NCBI RefSeq assembly: GCF_001194135.2
Contig: NC_068987.1
Coordinates: 102,899,069 to 102,963,068 of the forward strand
Source of the DNA: Octopus bimaculoides
Taxonomy: Eukaryota
Direction of reading: 5' to 3'
DNA length: 64,000 bases
Below, one piece after another: positions 40,968 to 55,052 of this stretch. Position numbers and translations under genes: made by a program. Numbering within the stretch: position 1 is the stretch's first letter; the number at the start of each line of letters is the position of its first letter. The notes under the pieces are model-generated. The model worked only from the letters and a program-made list of their open reading frames with translations, did not search any database and was not told the DNA's origin.

Positions 40968-41214
40968 TGTATGTGAGTGTGTATGCAAACATATAATTAT
41001 GCATATATATATTTGTCTGTGCGTCTGTATATATCACATACTGCACATTTCTATATACTTGTCTATTTGGTCCAGAAATTTGATTCGAGATCACATGGCT
41101 CCCTCTTCGATAATGACGCTTTGTAAGAAGTATCCTCTTCCACACAAACAAACACACACTTACACGCAGACGAACATATATAAATGTTTATATGTTTGCA
41201 AGTGTCGTTGAGAA

Positions 41215-41520
41215 TGTTTGGTAGTTTTTATCCCGACATTCTTTAAGTTTCTTGAGGCATATCAAGGAAACTTCCCAAGCCTTTCTCTATAATTGGTATG
41301 GGTTTTGGCTCTGTCTGTATGTCCACTGGAAATTTTCTTGCTAGTTCTAGAATCTGCGGTAGATGACTCCGGAATTTTTTTCCTTCGCCTTGGGGTATGT
41401 ATAGTAATTTTCCACGTGGTATGCAATACCTATCTTTCCCTGTTCGATTACTGGTAAGATCTTTTCTAAAACGGTTGTTTCTCTATTTACTCAAAGATAA
41501 TCATTTCTCTTACAGGTCTT
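41215..41520 (-). mobile_element. Possible R4/Dong RLE-domain remnant
   Basis: Weak motifs IGIAYHVEN...KAKEK and PIPIIEKGLG. Confidence 0.3.
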
Positions 41521-41599
41521 GTATTAAAGGCAGAAATGCATGCATGTATGTATGTATGCATGCTGTCTCCTCTGGTTTGATTTGAATGATACAGTGATA

Positions 41600-42820
41600 A
41601 ATGAGCTTTTAGCAATAAAAGGTCCACTCATTAAAAGCTTCTTGATCCAAATGTTAAAAACAAAGTACAACTAGAAAACTTGTACAAGTCTCAGAAAAGA
41701 GACTTGCTAAAAGAACTCAGGAGGCTTAAAGAGAGTTGGTGGAGAAATTTCTCTGAGTAAGTACAGGCAGCCTATGACAGGAAAGACAATAAAAGGTTCT
41801 ATAGTTTATTGCGGCAAGCTTTTAGACCGCAATCTTGAAGTCGAAAGATGGAAATGAGGTTGTTATAGATCCTCCTGGAATAATGAATAGATGGAGAGAA
41901 CACTTTGCAGGACTTTTCCACAATCCGTCTTTAGTAAACATGGATATCATAAACGACATTCCGCAAAGAGTGGTAGCGCAATACATGAACGCTACACCTT
42001 CCATTGAAGAAGTAAATCTGGCTTTATGTAAAGTGAGATCAGGTAAAACTCCTGGATTGGGAAGTATTCCAGTTGAAATTCTGAAAGCTGGTGGGCATCA
42101 TATTTTATCTGAAATTAATAACTTGATAACTCGAGTTTGGAATGAATATTCTGTGCTACAAGAATGGATAAATGGCATTCTAATCTTTGTATACAATGGT
42201 AAGGGCCCAAATGCAGTGTGTGGTACTTCTAGAGGGATAGCTTTCCTGATACATATCAGGAAGATACTTTCAAGGATCATGTTTGTTGAATCATCTTCTT
42301 CAGAATGTGTGATGTCCACATGTTATTCCTGAAGAACAGTGTGGTTTCAGACATGAGTGAGGAACAATGGACATGATATTTTCTGTTAAGCAGGTTCAAG
42401 AGAAATGTTTAGAGGAACAAATTCAGGTTTTCATAGATTTAACTAAGGCATTTGAAAGGTAAACATGGAGGCACTGTGGATTGTTTTGTGAGCATCTTTA
42501 AGGAATTACACAGAAACATGAAAGCTCAGGTAGTCTTATGAGCTATCTCATAAATTTTCGGCGGACAACGGTGTTAAACAGGGAGATATTCCTGCTCCTA
42601 CACTTTTCTTTATTTATTTTGCGGCATTGCTTTGGTATGCTTTCAAGGATTGCAACAGAGCAATCGGAATCCGATTTGGGACATCTGGTCGTATTTTTAA
42701 TTTGACCCGGTTTAACTGCAAAGCAAAGACTTTCAAAATACTTTTGGACAATTACTTTACGCTGATGATACAGAGGAGGACATGCAACATTTAATGGACT
42801 GATTTTCCAATGCATATGTA
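41600..42820 (+). mobile_element. RTE (BovB-like) LINE RT fragment
   Basis: ORF 41835-42332 has RWREHF...PSIEEV..A...GKTPG...IPVEILK...RGIAFL; then PEEQCGFR, GTMDMIFSVKQVQEKC, FIDLTKAF, NGVKQG...APTLF, and YADD at 42758-42769. Confidence 0.92.
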
Positions 42821-42984
42821 CATTTATATAGACTGTATACTGAAGAAAATCCAATGGGGCGAACTCAGGATTTACCTATCGTGTGAATTGCCTTGTAATC
42901 GTTTATCTTAAACGATTCTGAATGTCCCCTGTCGTTATTCTTCATCATCGTATTAATCTTTCTGAGGGGTATACGGAGAAACTC

Positions 42985-43370
42985 CAGGTACGCTGATGTG
43001 TTTACCAAAACCAAGATGAAAATAAATCACTTACTTTATTTGGCTGTCCACAAGCTATATACAAAATGATGAGACAGACTTGGATTTTTTTATCCAGACA
43101 GTGAGAGTATTCAATAAACATATTGGAATGCAGTGTACGTTAAGTAAATGCGCAATGCTAATTATGAAAAGAGAGCAGAACGTAGACTTGATGCCATAAA
43201 ATAATCACGGGATAACTTCATTAGATCGCTGTGGGGCAATGAGGGATACACATAGCTGGGAGTGCTGCAGGACGATAAGATAATTGAAGGAGAAATGAGG
43301 GAATATAACTAAAGAGTATAAAATTGAATGGAGAGATCTTTATTAAAGCCATGAATGCATGAACTGTGCC
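42985..43370 (+). mobile_element. R4/Dong-clade RT fragment
   Basis: KINHLLYLAVHKLY (INHLLYMDDxKLY), IQTVRVFNKHIGMQ...KCAMLIMKR, and LGVLQDDK. Confidence 0.75.
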
Positions 43371-43689
43371 AGTGGCTCATTGAAGCAACGTGTCTCTATC
43401 TGAAGCAAAGAGAAAGTTCATAACCATGCTGATTGGTTAGAAAATTTGATTTCAAGTTTAATAATTTGCGAGTTTAATCTGCGTACGGAAGCTTTGGCAA
43501 AAGCTTTAAATGATAACGTCTAGTCACCACAAGTTTAATTAGTAAAAATTAAATGGGGGAAAACTGTGTATACTTCACGTCTTTTGGTTGGTAAATGTAA
43601 TCTTCGATCAGTCTCGCAGTACATGACCCTTAGGTGCCAAAAGCCGAATAGGATTCATTTCCAACATTCAGGCTAGATTATCTTGTTAC

Positions 43690-43727
<38 letters not shown>

Positions 43728-45913
43728 ATGCACACACACACACACTCATGCACGCGCACGCACACATGCATGCATACACATACGCACACATACGAGCGCA
43801 CACACACACACACGCACATATATATATGAATATTTGTTGAGATTAGAATCTAATGAGAAAAATACCGTAATGTCTATTTTGAAGATGTATCATTCACCAT
43901 TCTTTATGATTTTGTGATTATAAAGACTGTATATTGAATAAAATCCAAAGGAGCGAACTCAGGATTTACCGATCGTGTCAATTGCCTTGTAATCGTTTAT
44001 CTTAAAAGATTCTGAATGTTTCCTGTCGTTCCATGTGGTTTGCCAGATCTGGATTATATCAGAGTGCTTATAATGAATCTGCCCGTTTCGCAAATCATTA
44101 TTATTCTACATTATATGTATGCATGTTATATGCGTGTGCTTATATATTTATGCATGTATGTATGTATGTATGCATGCATGTATATGTGTGTGTTGATATC
44201 AAGCCTCTTACTGCAGAACACACATTTGGTTTGCTCGACGGTTTCGTTCATCACTCGACTATGACCTACACAAAAGAGTCTGCGCACTTTTCTTCATCTT
44301 CAGAATAAATATCCACAATTCGCTCACCCAAATCATTTTTACGTTGTTCGTTTAGATTACACCCACTTGAGGCTTTGAACCTAAACTGGAATTGGAGTAA
44401 TACAATTCTGGATATATCTGACCATATTATAGAGTTCAGTCTCGCATACAAGCGATATACGTAAAATAAGATCGTGTGTCGTTAGAACAGGTCTTTCTTT
44501 GTAAAAATATGTGCTTTGCACCTGTATTAATGTTATAGTCAACGTGGCTGTTGTAGTTTTGTATTTGTTTAGTTGTTATATAACATCGTCAATATGCCAA
44601 CTCCAACCGAAGATAATTATGCTGAAACCAATGCATTAAAGACGTTGAATCTCTGTCTCTTTAGATATTATCTAGAATTACATCAGCCAGTCATTCGGTC
44701 GTTGTTCGCTTCATTGTTTAAGAATTAGAGAGGAAATTGCATTGGGGATGACAGCTCTATTTTTAGCATGTTGATGGAGCTCGTAAAGGCTTTCTATTTT
44801 GTGCCTTGCGTTGTACCACTGCACGACTGGAAGCTAATATGAGAACAATAAAACCTTATCTACGTGAATCGCTACAGTAACATTTTCACTTATGATAAAG
44901 AATAATAAAAGATGTTTCTTCTGATTCAATCATAAAAAAATAATGAATTACGTATTAACGCAGTATTGTATATTAGTTGATTCTGTTACACATCACAATA
45001 GGAAAAAAAAAAACAATTTTGCTTATGTCCTGAACAAAGGATACAGTTATTATCGCGGTCTCTGTCACATCCACATTAAAATATATAAAGCTCAGACAGG
45101 TATTTGAAGACCAATCAAAGCTGCTTCTAAATGACAGTCAATATTTGCGTTCAAAGGGTTATTTGTTCACTCGGTAATAAATGTCATGGTCTACAATTCT
45201 AAATAATGAACTCAAACAAAACAGTATTGTCCAAGGAAAATAAGCTTCCTTCTTTCTACTCCTTTTCATTCGTTATGTTTTTATGTTGTTGTTTTTTGCT
45301 TCTTTTTACTTTTTGATAAGTCTTTATGATTGATTTTTATGTATTTCTTTGTAATATTCCTTAACTGTCGCTCTCGTCATCTACCGCCATTTTTCCGAAT
45401 AATTTCAGCAAACAAAAAAAAAGCCCTCTTGTTCTTTCAAAATTACAGTTCATCTGACGGTGTTTGTTAGCGACTAATTCCGTACACAGCAAACCTCTTA
45501 TTGTAGTGTAACGTTTCTTAATTGCTCGATGCTTGATAATTACATTCAAATTTTACTGTTTCATGGTAATTATATTTGGTTTATAGTTCGCCATTTTACC
45601 ATAATTAATGGCTACCTCACCAGTCTCTTTCATTTCACTTCTCTCCGCTCTGACTTCCACTTTATTTGCATTCCTTCTTTCGTCTCTTCATTTCTGATGC
45701 TTTCTCCTTATATTAGTTCTTCCTCTCATTTCCTGATCGCTGTCTCTCTTTGTAATAATTTTCTCCTTCCTTCTTCGCTTCTCAATCGTACAAAACTTTC
45801 TTGTCTTTTAATACTCTTCCTTTTCTTACTCCAACACTATGTTGTAATAACGCTATGAACTGTGGCGGTCATGTATCAAATCCAGTTCAACTCAAGAAAT
45901 ATATATACAAACT

Positions 45914-45961
<48 letters not shown>

Positions 45962-46273
45962 NNNNNNNNNNNNNNNNNNNNNNNNNNNNNNNNNNNNNNN
46001 NNNNNNNNNNNNNNNNNNNNNNNNNNNNNNNNNNNNNNNNNNNNNNNNNNNNNNNNNNNNNNNNNNNNNNNNNNNNNNNNNNNNNNNNNNNNNNNNNNNN
46101 NNNNNNNNNNNNNNNNNNNNNNNNNNNNNNNNNNNNNNNNNNNNNNNNNNNNNNNNNNNNNNNNNNNNNNNNNNNNNNNNNNNNNNNNNNNNNNNGTGTG
46201 TATATATAAATGTTTATATAGATATATATGGTTATGTGAGTATTTATATACACGTTTAATATACATAAACACA

Positions 46274-46313
<40 letters not shown>

Positions 46314-46329
46314 AGCATGTTTATATATA

Positions 46330-46366
<37 letters not shown>

Positions 46367-46855
46367 ATATGTATGTATATATGTATGTATGTATGCATGT
46401 ATGTATGTATGTACGTATGTATGTATATATATATGTATGTATGTATATGCCGGCGTATAGGAGCTGTTCTCTTATAATGCGTATTCCTTTTTTTATTTAC
46501 AATACATTTTGGGAGAAGAGCTTCGGTATGTTCCGTGATACACTTACTGACATACGTTTTGAAGTGGTTTTGCAGAGAAAGATGTATCATTCTGTGCATG
46601 TAAATACAACATTCTGACAGTATCCTGGAATGTATACTTTGTATGAAAGCATAATTTTATCATAAATGAACAACGTTATGGGACTACCATATCTCACCTT
46701 TATTCTTTTTCGTAGCAAGAGTACAGCTGCCTATATTTTGATAAAGTGAAGTTTCATACGGGATGTAAAACACGTAATTCTGGCTATTAATTTTATGAAA
46801 CCGCTATTGGCCACCAGAGTGTGACACACCTTCGCTATAATTTTAGCTGAGAGGT

Positions 46856-46889
<34 letters not shown>

Positions 46890-47847
46890 NNNNNNNNNNN
46901 NNNNNNNNNNNNNNNNNNNNNNNNNNNNNNNNNNNNNNNNNNNNNNNNNNNNNNNNNNNNNNNNNNNNNNNNNNNNNNNNNNNNNNNNNNNNNNNNNNNN
47001 NNNNNNNNNNNNNNNNNNNNNNNNNNNNNNNNNNNNNNNNNNNNNNNNNNNNNNNNNNNNNNNNNNNNNNNNNNNNNNNNNNNNNNNNNNNNNNNNNNNN
47101 NNNNNNNNNNNNNNNNNNNNNNNNNNNNNNNNNNNNNNNNNNNNNNNNNNNNNNNNNNNNNNNNNNNNNNNNNNNNNNNNNNNNNNNNNNNNNNNNNNNN
47201 NNNNNNNNNNNNNNNNNNNNNNNNNNNNNNNNNNNNNNNNNNNNNNNNNNNNNNNNNNNNNNNNNNNNNNNNNNNNNNNNNNNNNNNNNNNNNNNNNNNN
47301 NNNNNNNNNNNNNNNNNNNNNNNNNNNNNNNNNNNNNNNNNNNNNNNNNNNNNNNNNNNNNNNNNNNNNNNNNNNNNNNNNNNNNNNNNNNNNNNNNNNN
47401 NNNNNNNNNNNNNNNNNNNNNNNNNNNNNNNNNNNNNNNNNNNNNNNNNNNNNNNNNNNNNNNNNNNNNNNNNNNNNNNNNNNNNNNNNNNNNNNNNNNN
47501 NNNNNNNNNNNNNNNNNNNNNNNNNNNNNNNNNNNNNNNNNNNNNNNNNNNNNNNNNNNNNNNNNNNNNNNNNNNNNNNNNNNNNNNNNNNNNNNNNNNN
47601 NNNNNNNNNNNNNNNNNNNNNNNNNNNNNNNNNNNNNNNNNNNNNNNNNNNNNNNNNNNNNNNNNNNNNNNNNNNNNNNNNNNNNNNNNNNNNNNNNNNN
47701 NNNNNNNNNNNNNNNNNNNNNNNNNNNNNNNNNNNNNNNNNNNNNNNNNNNNNNNNNNNNNNNNNNNNNNNNNNNNNNNNNNNNNNNNNNNNNNNNNNNN
47801 NNNNNNNNNNNNNNNNNNNNNNNNNNNNNNNNNNNNNNNNNNNNNNN

Positions 47848-47878
<31 letters not shown>

Positions 47879-47899
47879 TGAGGTGAATAAATTGTCCTC

Positions 47900-48870
47900 T
47901 AAACTACGCAGAATTGAAAATAACACTGATATTTCATTTTGATAGATATATTTACCAAAACTACAAAAAAAAAACCCAAAAACATCTTGAATTACTAAAG
48001 AGTACATTTATTCAATAAAAATCGTCATTGGCTCCAACCACGGCCTGCCGACGACTACGAAATCTCGTGCAACTCTTTTGGATTTTTGTGAGGGTTGATC
48101 CAAATGTCAGTGAAAAACAAACTCTCATATCAATATGATCACAAAAGTATAGATCATATAGATATAGATCATATAGCAGGCATTCGACAAGCAATACTTC
48201 TGTATATTCAGCTGCCATCTTCCTGAAACAACTCTTAAAAAGATACATTCAGTGTCCGTAGTAAAGAAGTTCGCCCAAACTACACCACCCAGGTTGAGAA
48301 GGAAACTAGAAGATAATATCAATATTTATAAACTATTACAACGTGTGAGAGGAATAAGCTTAGCAGGCATAAATATCCATCTTATAAAAAATATATATAC
48401 TGGTTACGTTATACAGAGATTCTCGAAATATCTGGGATATGCTAATAAAATGTTTTATATACTATATATGCTTATGCTTAATGCGAAACTCCAAAGACTA
48501 CAAAATCAATTAACAACATGCTATGTACCAGAGGATGAAAGCAAATCGCATTGCCGTAAAAAGAGAATCATTCTAGCAAAATGTTAAATCATTTTAGTCT
48601 AAATAGAGAATTAAAAACAAATATTCTAAACTCAATACTTTAGCGCTGAATTCAATCAGGAAGGAATTCTTTTTTTTACCAATGTTAGCAGGAAAATGTA
48701 CTATTTCTACAATGAAACACTCACGAAATAAATGGGAAAGATGTATAATGGTTATGCTCCAAGGATCAACTTAGCAGTATTATGGAAAATTCGCAGAGCA
48801 GAAATAGTTCAACCAAACAAAGCCTTTCTGAAAAAATTCATGTCAATTGATGTTTTATTTTGACAGATTA
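47900..48870 (+). mobile_element. Possible degenerate Penelope-like RT-linker/GIY-YIG fragment
   Basis: HCRKKRIILAKC resembles CNCRxKxxCPLxGKC, with a weak NIIW-like motif upstream; heavily decayed. Confidence 0.35.
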
Positions 48871-49698
48871 GGAAATAAGAGAAAGATGATGTTTGAGAGA
48901 GTAATATCTTGTCCAATAGCATTGGTGTCGTAAGAGATGTGTTAGATAGTAAGAAGAAAAACAACACTACGTGATGTACTGCGCATGGTATTCGTTAAAT
49001 ATACCCTAATAACTTGAGAATAGGAATATCCTTGAGTTTACCGTATATAAACTATACAGTCTATTGATTAATGAAATACATATTTTACAACATAACGTCA
49101 TTAAAACTTAATTATTAGTATCTATATTATTTTAGCAGTGAATTAATATCAAAAATCGGATTTTACGAAATAACTATTGTAAAATATTGAAAAGCTTGGC
49201 TGACAAAACTGGTAATTCCAAGTACTGATACAGGGCACAGTTAAGTGCATTTAGGGATATGTGTGACAGACTATTGTTTATAACTAGTATTCTCAATAAT
49301 CTAGAGAACTTCAAAATAAATAAACAATTCTAAGATCATTTGCGCTTTATCGTAAATAATGTATTTGCCTCTACATGCACACTGACATTTACCTGTTGAG
49401 GTCTAGAACAATACAACGAATGAGTTCATGTTTTATTTTTGAGAAAAAAATACTGCTAACGAGATAAGGAAACTAACTGCTTCAGATACAAAGGGTGCTG
49501 TTGATGGTAATATTCATGTATTTTTCAAGACGACGGAGTAAATTATGCTTTCTAGGTTTGCGCATCAGTGATTAATGCACTCTCAAGTCATACAACTGAC
49601 ATTTATTTTTTCCTGTTCTGTAAAGCTACTTCTGTTTAGATATACCCTCAGGAAATTTATCAATTTTATTCTTCTCATATAGTTACCGTGATTTCACG

Positions 49699-49783
<85 letters not shown>

Positions 49784-50681
49784 CCACACACATACACACA
49801 CACATTCTACATCAAACCCAAAATAGGAAATTCAATGAACTGGCAAATATTCAATAAACAACTCTTTTAGCGCAACATCTATGTCATTGGTACCTATATT
49901 TAACTCTGAAATGATAAATGCCATGATAAGTCTTTGCAGATTTTGAACTTGGAACATAAGAAGTCTCTAGATTAAGCAAAATATTTCTTCGTGTGTTCAA
50001 CGGTATCTCTCATCGACCATCTTTTACGTTTAAATTGTGTGTGTGTGTGTGCGTGTTTGTTTAACTTTATAATTATATGTGTACAAAATTGGTTTTAGGT
50101 AGCCAATTGTTTTCTCAAAAGATTTTGTAGACGGCTGGTGCATTTCGTTCTTTACAGCAGCAAATCCAGGAAAACAATAAGAGAATCAGATGAAATTAGT
50201 GTTTGAACTGAATATAAAGAAAGAGAAGAGAAAACTTGAAAATAAGTATACCAACTATGGTTGCATGTTGAAATACACACGGCAGCGTTCGAGAGGCAAT
50301 GTATGAAGTTAGAAAGAAGTAAAAGGAAACACGTGATAGTATTTGAGTGGGCATTCTGTGTTGTGTAAAAACAGTATTATTCAAATATTTCTCTCAGACA
50401 CAACGGAAATATTTTTCACCATGCCGCACCAGCAGTCACTATAATCATTAGCCTCGGTAAGTCCCCAGTTTTGTGTTCTGTGCTTTGTTAGCATCAATGT
50501 AGTTAGCATCAATGTAGTTAACAGTTCGTCCTCTACTGATATGAGGAAGTGTCTAAGATATACCATTCAATATCAGATCAGACATTTACTCTCCTCAATT
50601 CTCCAAACACCGTAAATATCTATATCTTTGATTATAAAACTCAGTTCCTAAACATTTTGACGGCTTTTATCTCATACATAT

Positions 50682-50735
<54 letters not shown>

Positions 50736-51075
50736 ATACTAATACTAAAATTCAAGGATGAATCTTAAATCATCTTTATTGTTCTAATAAATTGTTTCAA
50801 GTTGGTGGAAAATTAGTTGTTCACGCTAGACCTACTACTCACTATTGGTGCGGATTTGAGCTTGAAACATCAAATAATCTGTTATTATCGTTAAGTAAAC
50901 TATGGTTATTATCCTTGCTTTATGTTTGATTTAAAGAAGAGTAGAGTTCATTGATTTACTTTTTATAGGCCAAAGGTGTATCAGAGGCAAAATGCTTCAA
51001 GGACTTTATTCCCAGTTATAAATTCGTGCTTTCCACTAAGGACTGCCTAAGATAAGATATTTCCACTTAAGCAAG

Positions 51076-51195
51076 CATTAATATCATACATAAGCGCATA
51101 GCCTAACATTAATATCACACATCAATTCATAGCCTAACATTAATGTCACACATCAACGCATGCCTTAACATTAATATCACACATCAACTCATAAC
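51076..51195. repeat. 31-bp minisatellite, about 3.9 copies
   Basis: Unit cattaatatcacacatcaactcatagcctaa starts at 51076, 51107, 51138 and 51169. Confidence 0.9.
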
Positions 51196-51369
51196 ATATC
51201 CCGTGATGATAAATATATCATCTTCAAAGATGATAGCCAAGCACACATTTCCATACGCTCTGGCGCAGTAGAAGGAAATTGTGTAGTTTCATCCGTCGAC
51301 AGAAGTCCCTTCGGCGTTTAGCAAGACAGATGCATGTTACTGAACTCTGAATTCTTTGTCCATCTTGGC

Positions 51370-51700
51370 TGTATTATATGAATGCAAAAGTCGCTGTCTG
51401 TGGTAAAATACTTCTCCAGTATTTTTTTCCTGTGAGCCAACCTATATGATGGAATTTCATTGATTGACAATGCCAACAAAAACATATGTTATTGTTAATA
51501 TTGCTGTAAACATATTGTTGCTTTATGAATTTTGTTAATGTTTGAATACTTACCGAGCCTGCTTCTTTGATATCTTTTAAAATTTTCTTTTGTGGTTGCC
51601 ATATTGATTGCACAAAGTTTAGTCGTTGTGGAGATGATCAGGTTTACTCTGTTTGTTTTGTGGCGAGTGCCTCTAACTGATATCTCTGAAAACGACACAT
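51370..51700 (-). mobile_element. Possible RLE-type LINE endonuclease remnant
   Basis: NRVNLIIS...NMATTKEN...RLGKYSNI resembles xxPDLII...ExxVPxEEN...KxxKY. Confidence 0.35.
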
Positions 51701-52035
51701 AGAAAGGAATATTTACAGAATATACAGTAAATAACTACATGAGGAAACTTTGACTCTTTACCCAAGTTACATGGGATTAATACTTAAATTTTCAAAGGCC
51801 TTCCATTCACAAGATAATTCGTAGACATTTCTTTTCTTCCATTAATTAAACGCCGTATATTTGAATCATTCACAGATCTTTGTTTGACAGGTCCACTCAT
51901 CTCAATAATTATAAAACGCAATAATAATAATAACAAATATTATTAACAACAACAACAACAACAACAACAACAATAATAATAATAATAAACTTGTACAAAT
52001 GCAAAACAAAAGTCAAACATAAAATAATAATAATA

Positions 52036-52073
<38 letters not shown>

Positions 52074-52354
52074 GTAATAATAATAATTTTTATATTCATA
52101 TGAGAGGCAAAATATTGAAATTTATAATTCTTTTATAAAGAACCTGCCCTTAATTAGTCATTTTTCCCGTTAAATTAAATTGGTTATAATTAGTAAAGAC
52201 AGCTGCATTACGGTCTGAGACTTTCTCTTTATCCTACAGCTTTCCAAAGTCATCTTCAAATATCATTCTCAAACAATCTCATTCTCAAACGAACGACGTT
52301 CATTCGCCGTTTGTCAAACTGAACTATACCAAGCTGCAAGATTTGTTTATTTAC

Positions 52355-52409
<55 letters not shown>

Positions 52410-52477
52410 GTTGTTGTTGNNNNNNNNNNCCGTTTGTCAAACTGAACTATACCAAGCTGCAAGATTTGTTTATTTAC

Positions 52478-52532
<55 letters not shown>

Positions 52533-52911
52533 GTTGTTGTTGTTGTTGTCGTTGTTGGTTTCATATTTTGAAAGCTTTCAATTTATTTATTTATTTATTC
52601 CTTTGTTGGTTTGTTTGTTTGTTGACTAAAATTGAAATGTTTGAAAGTTTTATACCGAAACTTCATATTTTATTATGAAAATTGTAATTTCCGGTGTGTT
52701 GCTATTATATTCCTTCTTCACTTCTAAACTATTGCCCCGTTTGTTTATTGTTTTGTTTCGTTTTCTGTATTTATTTATTTATATTAATTTATTGTCATAT
52801 TATATTATTATATTTTTTCTCCCAATTCATGTAGTTTATTTCTGTACACCAGAATACTGTTATATTCTATTTTCCTTTGACACTTTATATTTATTCATTT
52901 ATTTTATCCAT

Positions 52912-52982
<71 letters not shown>

Positions 52983-54375
52983 GTTATTATTATTAATTTG
53001 TGTTGTTGTTATTGTCGGCCATGTTGAAATTGTTATTGTTGTTCTAAAAAAATATTGAAGTTTTAATTTGATTTCACCATTCAATTTCCTTGACGTACAT
53101 CGGCCAGTAGAGAAGCTGTTTATATTATCTCTTTTGTCGCCATCTTGTATTTCATGTTATCTTATTTCTCTTCCCTTGCCTCATTCATAATTCAAGCATA
53201 CTTTCAGGAGGTTTCGAGAAAGTCTTTAGATTTCATGTCCAAATGTTTTTTTNNNNNNNNNNNNNNNNNNNNNNNNNNNNNNNNNNNNNNNNNNNNNNNN
53301 NNNNNNNNNNNNNNNNNNNNNNNNNNNNNNNNNNNNNNNNNNNNNNNNNNNNNNNNNNNNNNNNNNNNNNNNNNNNNNNNNNNNNNNNNNNNNNNNNNNN
53401 NNNNNNNNNNNNNNNNNNNNNNNNNNNNNNNNNNNNNNNNNNNNNNNNNNNNNNNNNNNNNNNNNNNNNNNNNNNNNNNNNNNNNNNNNNNNNNNNNNNN
53501 NNNNNNNNNNNNNNNNNNNNNNNNNNNNNNNNNNNNNNNNNNNNNNNNNNNNNNNNNNNNNNNNNNNNNNNNNNNNNNNNNNNNNNNNNNNNNNNNNNNN
53601 NNNNNNNNNNNNNNNNNNNNNNNNNNNNNNNNNNNNNNNNNNNNNNNNNNNNNNNNNNNNNNNNNNNNNNNNNNNNNNNNNNNNNNNNNNNNNNNNNNNN
53701 NNNNNNNNNNNNNNNNNNNNNNNNNNNNNNNNNNNNNNNNNNNNNNNNNNNNNNNNNNNNNNNNNNNNNNNNNNNNNNNNNNNNNNNNNNNNNNNNNNNN
53801 NNNNNNNNNNNNNNNNNNNNNNNNNNNNNNNNNNNNNNNNNNNNNNNNNNNNNNNNNNNNNNNNNNNNNNNNNNNNNNNNNNNNNNNNNNNNNNNNNNNN
53901 NNNNNNNNNNNNNNNNNNNNATATATATATATATATATATATATACTTTTTTGCGTGAGTGTGTATAGGAGTGGGATAGGATGCATGATAGTATCTGAGC
54001 ATTTATACGCCGTAATATACACTTCATTTTTAGCTTTTATTAATGTATAGTACTTGTATAGTAAATTGTATCAAAATTTTTCTTGTGCGCTTTCAAATTG
54101 GTTACTGATACAAATAATAATGTCAGATGAAGTGAAATCGCAATTGAGAGTAACTAGAGAAGATAGAGATTGCGAATGAACAGTGAAGCATACATACTAC
54201 TTGGAGAAATATCCGGAACAGAATAAAACAACCTAAATAAAAGAGAAACTGCGTTAAAACAAACAACCCATATCCCATGCATACATCCAAACAGACACGC
54301 GCATACATATATTTATATTTATACGCACACACGCACACATACACACATACGTATGCACACACATACACACACACA

Positions 54376-54415
<40 letters not shown>

Positions 54416-54624
54416 CATGTATGTATGTATATACATGTATATATGCACATACATACGTACACAATTATGTACATACGAAATACATTCATATATTTCTGTA
54501 CATGTACATCAGTATTTTCATTCATTAGAACTACTTAGCCACACACTCAGACCTACGTGAATACATACATATAAATACTGACCATCGCACGCACAATTTC
54601 TCTAAAACCCAGTGCATATAATCT

Positions 54625-54810
54625 TTTATACTCTAGGCACAAGGTCTGAAATTTTGGGGGAGGGGGCCAGTCGATTAGATTGTCCCAAGTACGCAACTGA
54701 TACTTAATTCATCAACCCCGAAAAGATGAAAGGCAAAGTCGACCGCGGCCGAATTTGAACTCAGAACGTAAGGACGTACGAAATGCCGCTAAGCATTTCG
54801 CCCGGTCTGC
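54625..54810 (-). mobile_element. SINE family A (variant 3' end, 5'-truncated)
   Basis: Has gaaaggcaaagtcgacc...gaatttgaactcagaacgtaa with the same 3' domain type as 17090-17155 and 59000-59060. Confidence 0.85.
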
Positions 54811-54811
54811 T

Positions 54812-55052
54812 AACGTTCCTTATTTCATTATTGCCCACAAGGGGCTAAAGATAGAGGGCACAAACAAGGATAGATAAAGGGATTAAGTCGATTACATCGA
54901 CCCAGTGCGTAACTGGTACTTAATTTATCGACCCCAAAAGGATGAAAGGCAAAGTCGACCTCGGCGGAATTTGAACTCAGAACGTAACGGCAGACGAAAT
55001 ACTGCTAAGCATTTCGCCAGGTCTGCTAACGTTTCTACCAGCTCGCCACCTT
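54812..55052 (-). mobile_element. SINE family A, full length
   Basis: Minus-strand head aggtggcgagctggtagaaacgttagc...GAGTTCAAATTCC; 3' domain shared with 1-60. Confidence 0.92.

Noticed and set aside
45384-45597. Two YY1-like CGCCATTTT motifs as a promoter
   Set aside because: The motifs are short and there is no CpG enrichment or downstream exon evidence.
49488-49508. 21-nt candidate microexon (cag|ATACAAAGGGTGCTGTTGATG|gtaata)
   Set aside because: There is almost no polypyrimidine tract, and its phase is incompatible with the 50398 candidate (stop in the required frame).
52309-52545. Tandem duplication of ccgtttgtcaaactg...(TTA)n
   Set aside because: It flanks the 10-N gap at 52420-52429 and is an assembly artefact.
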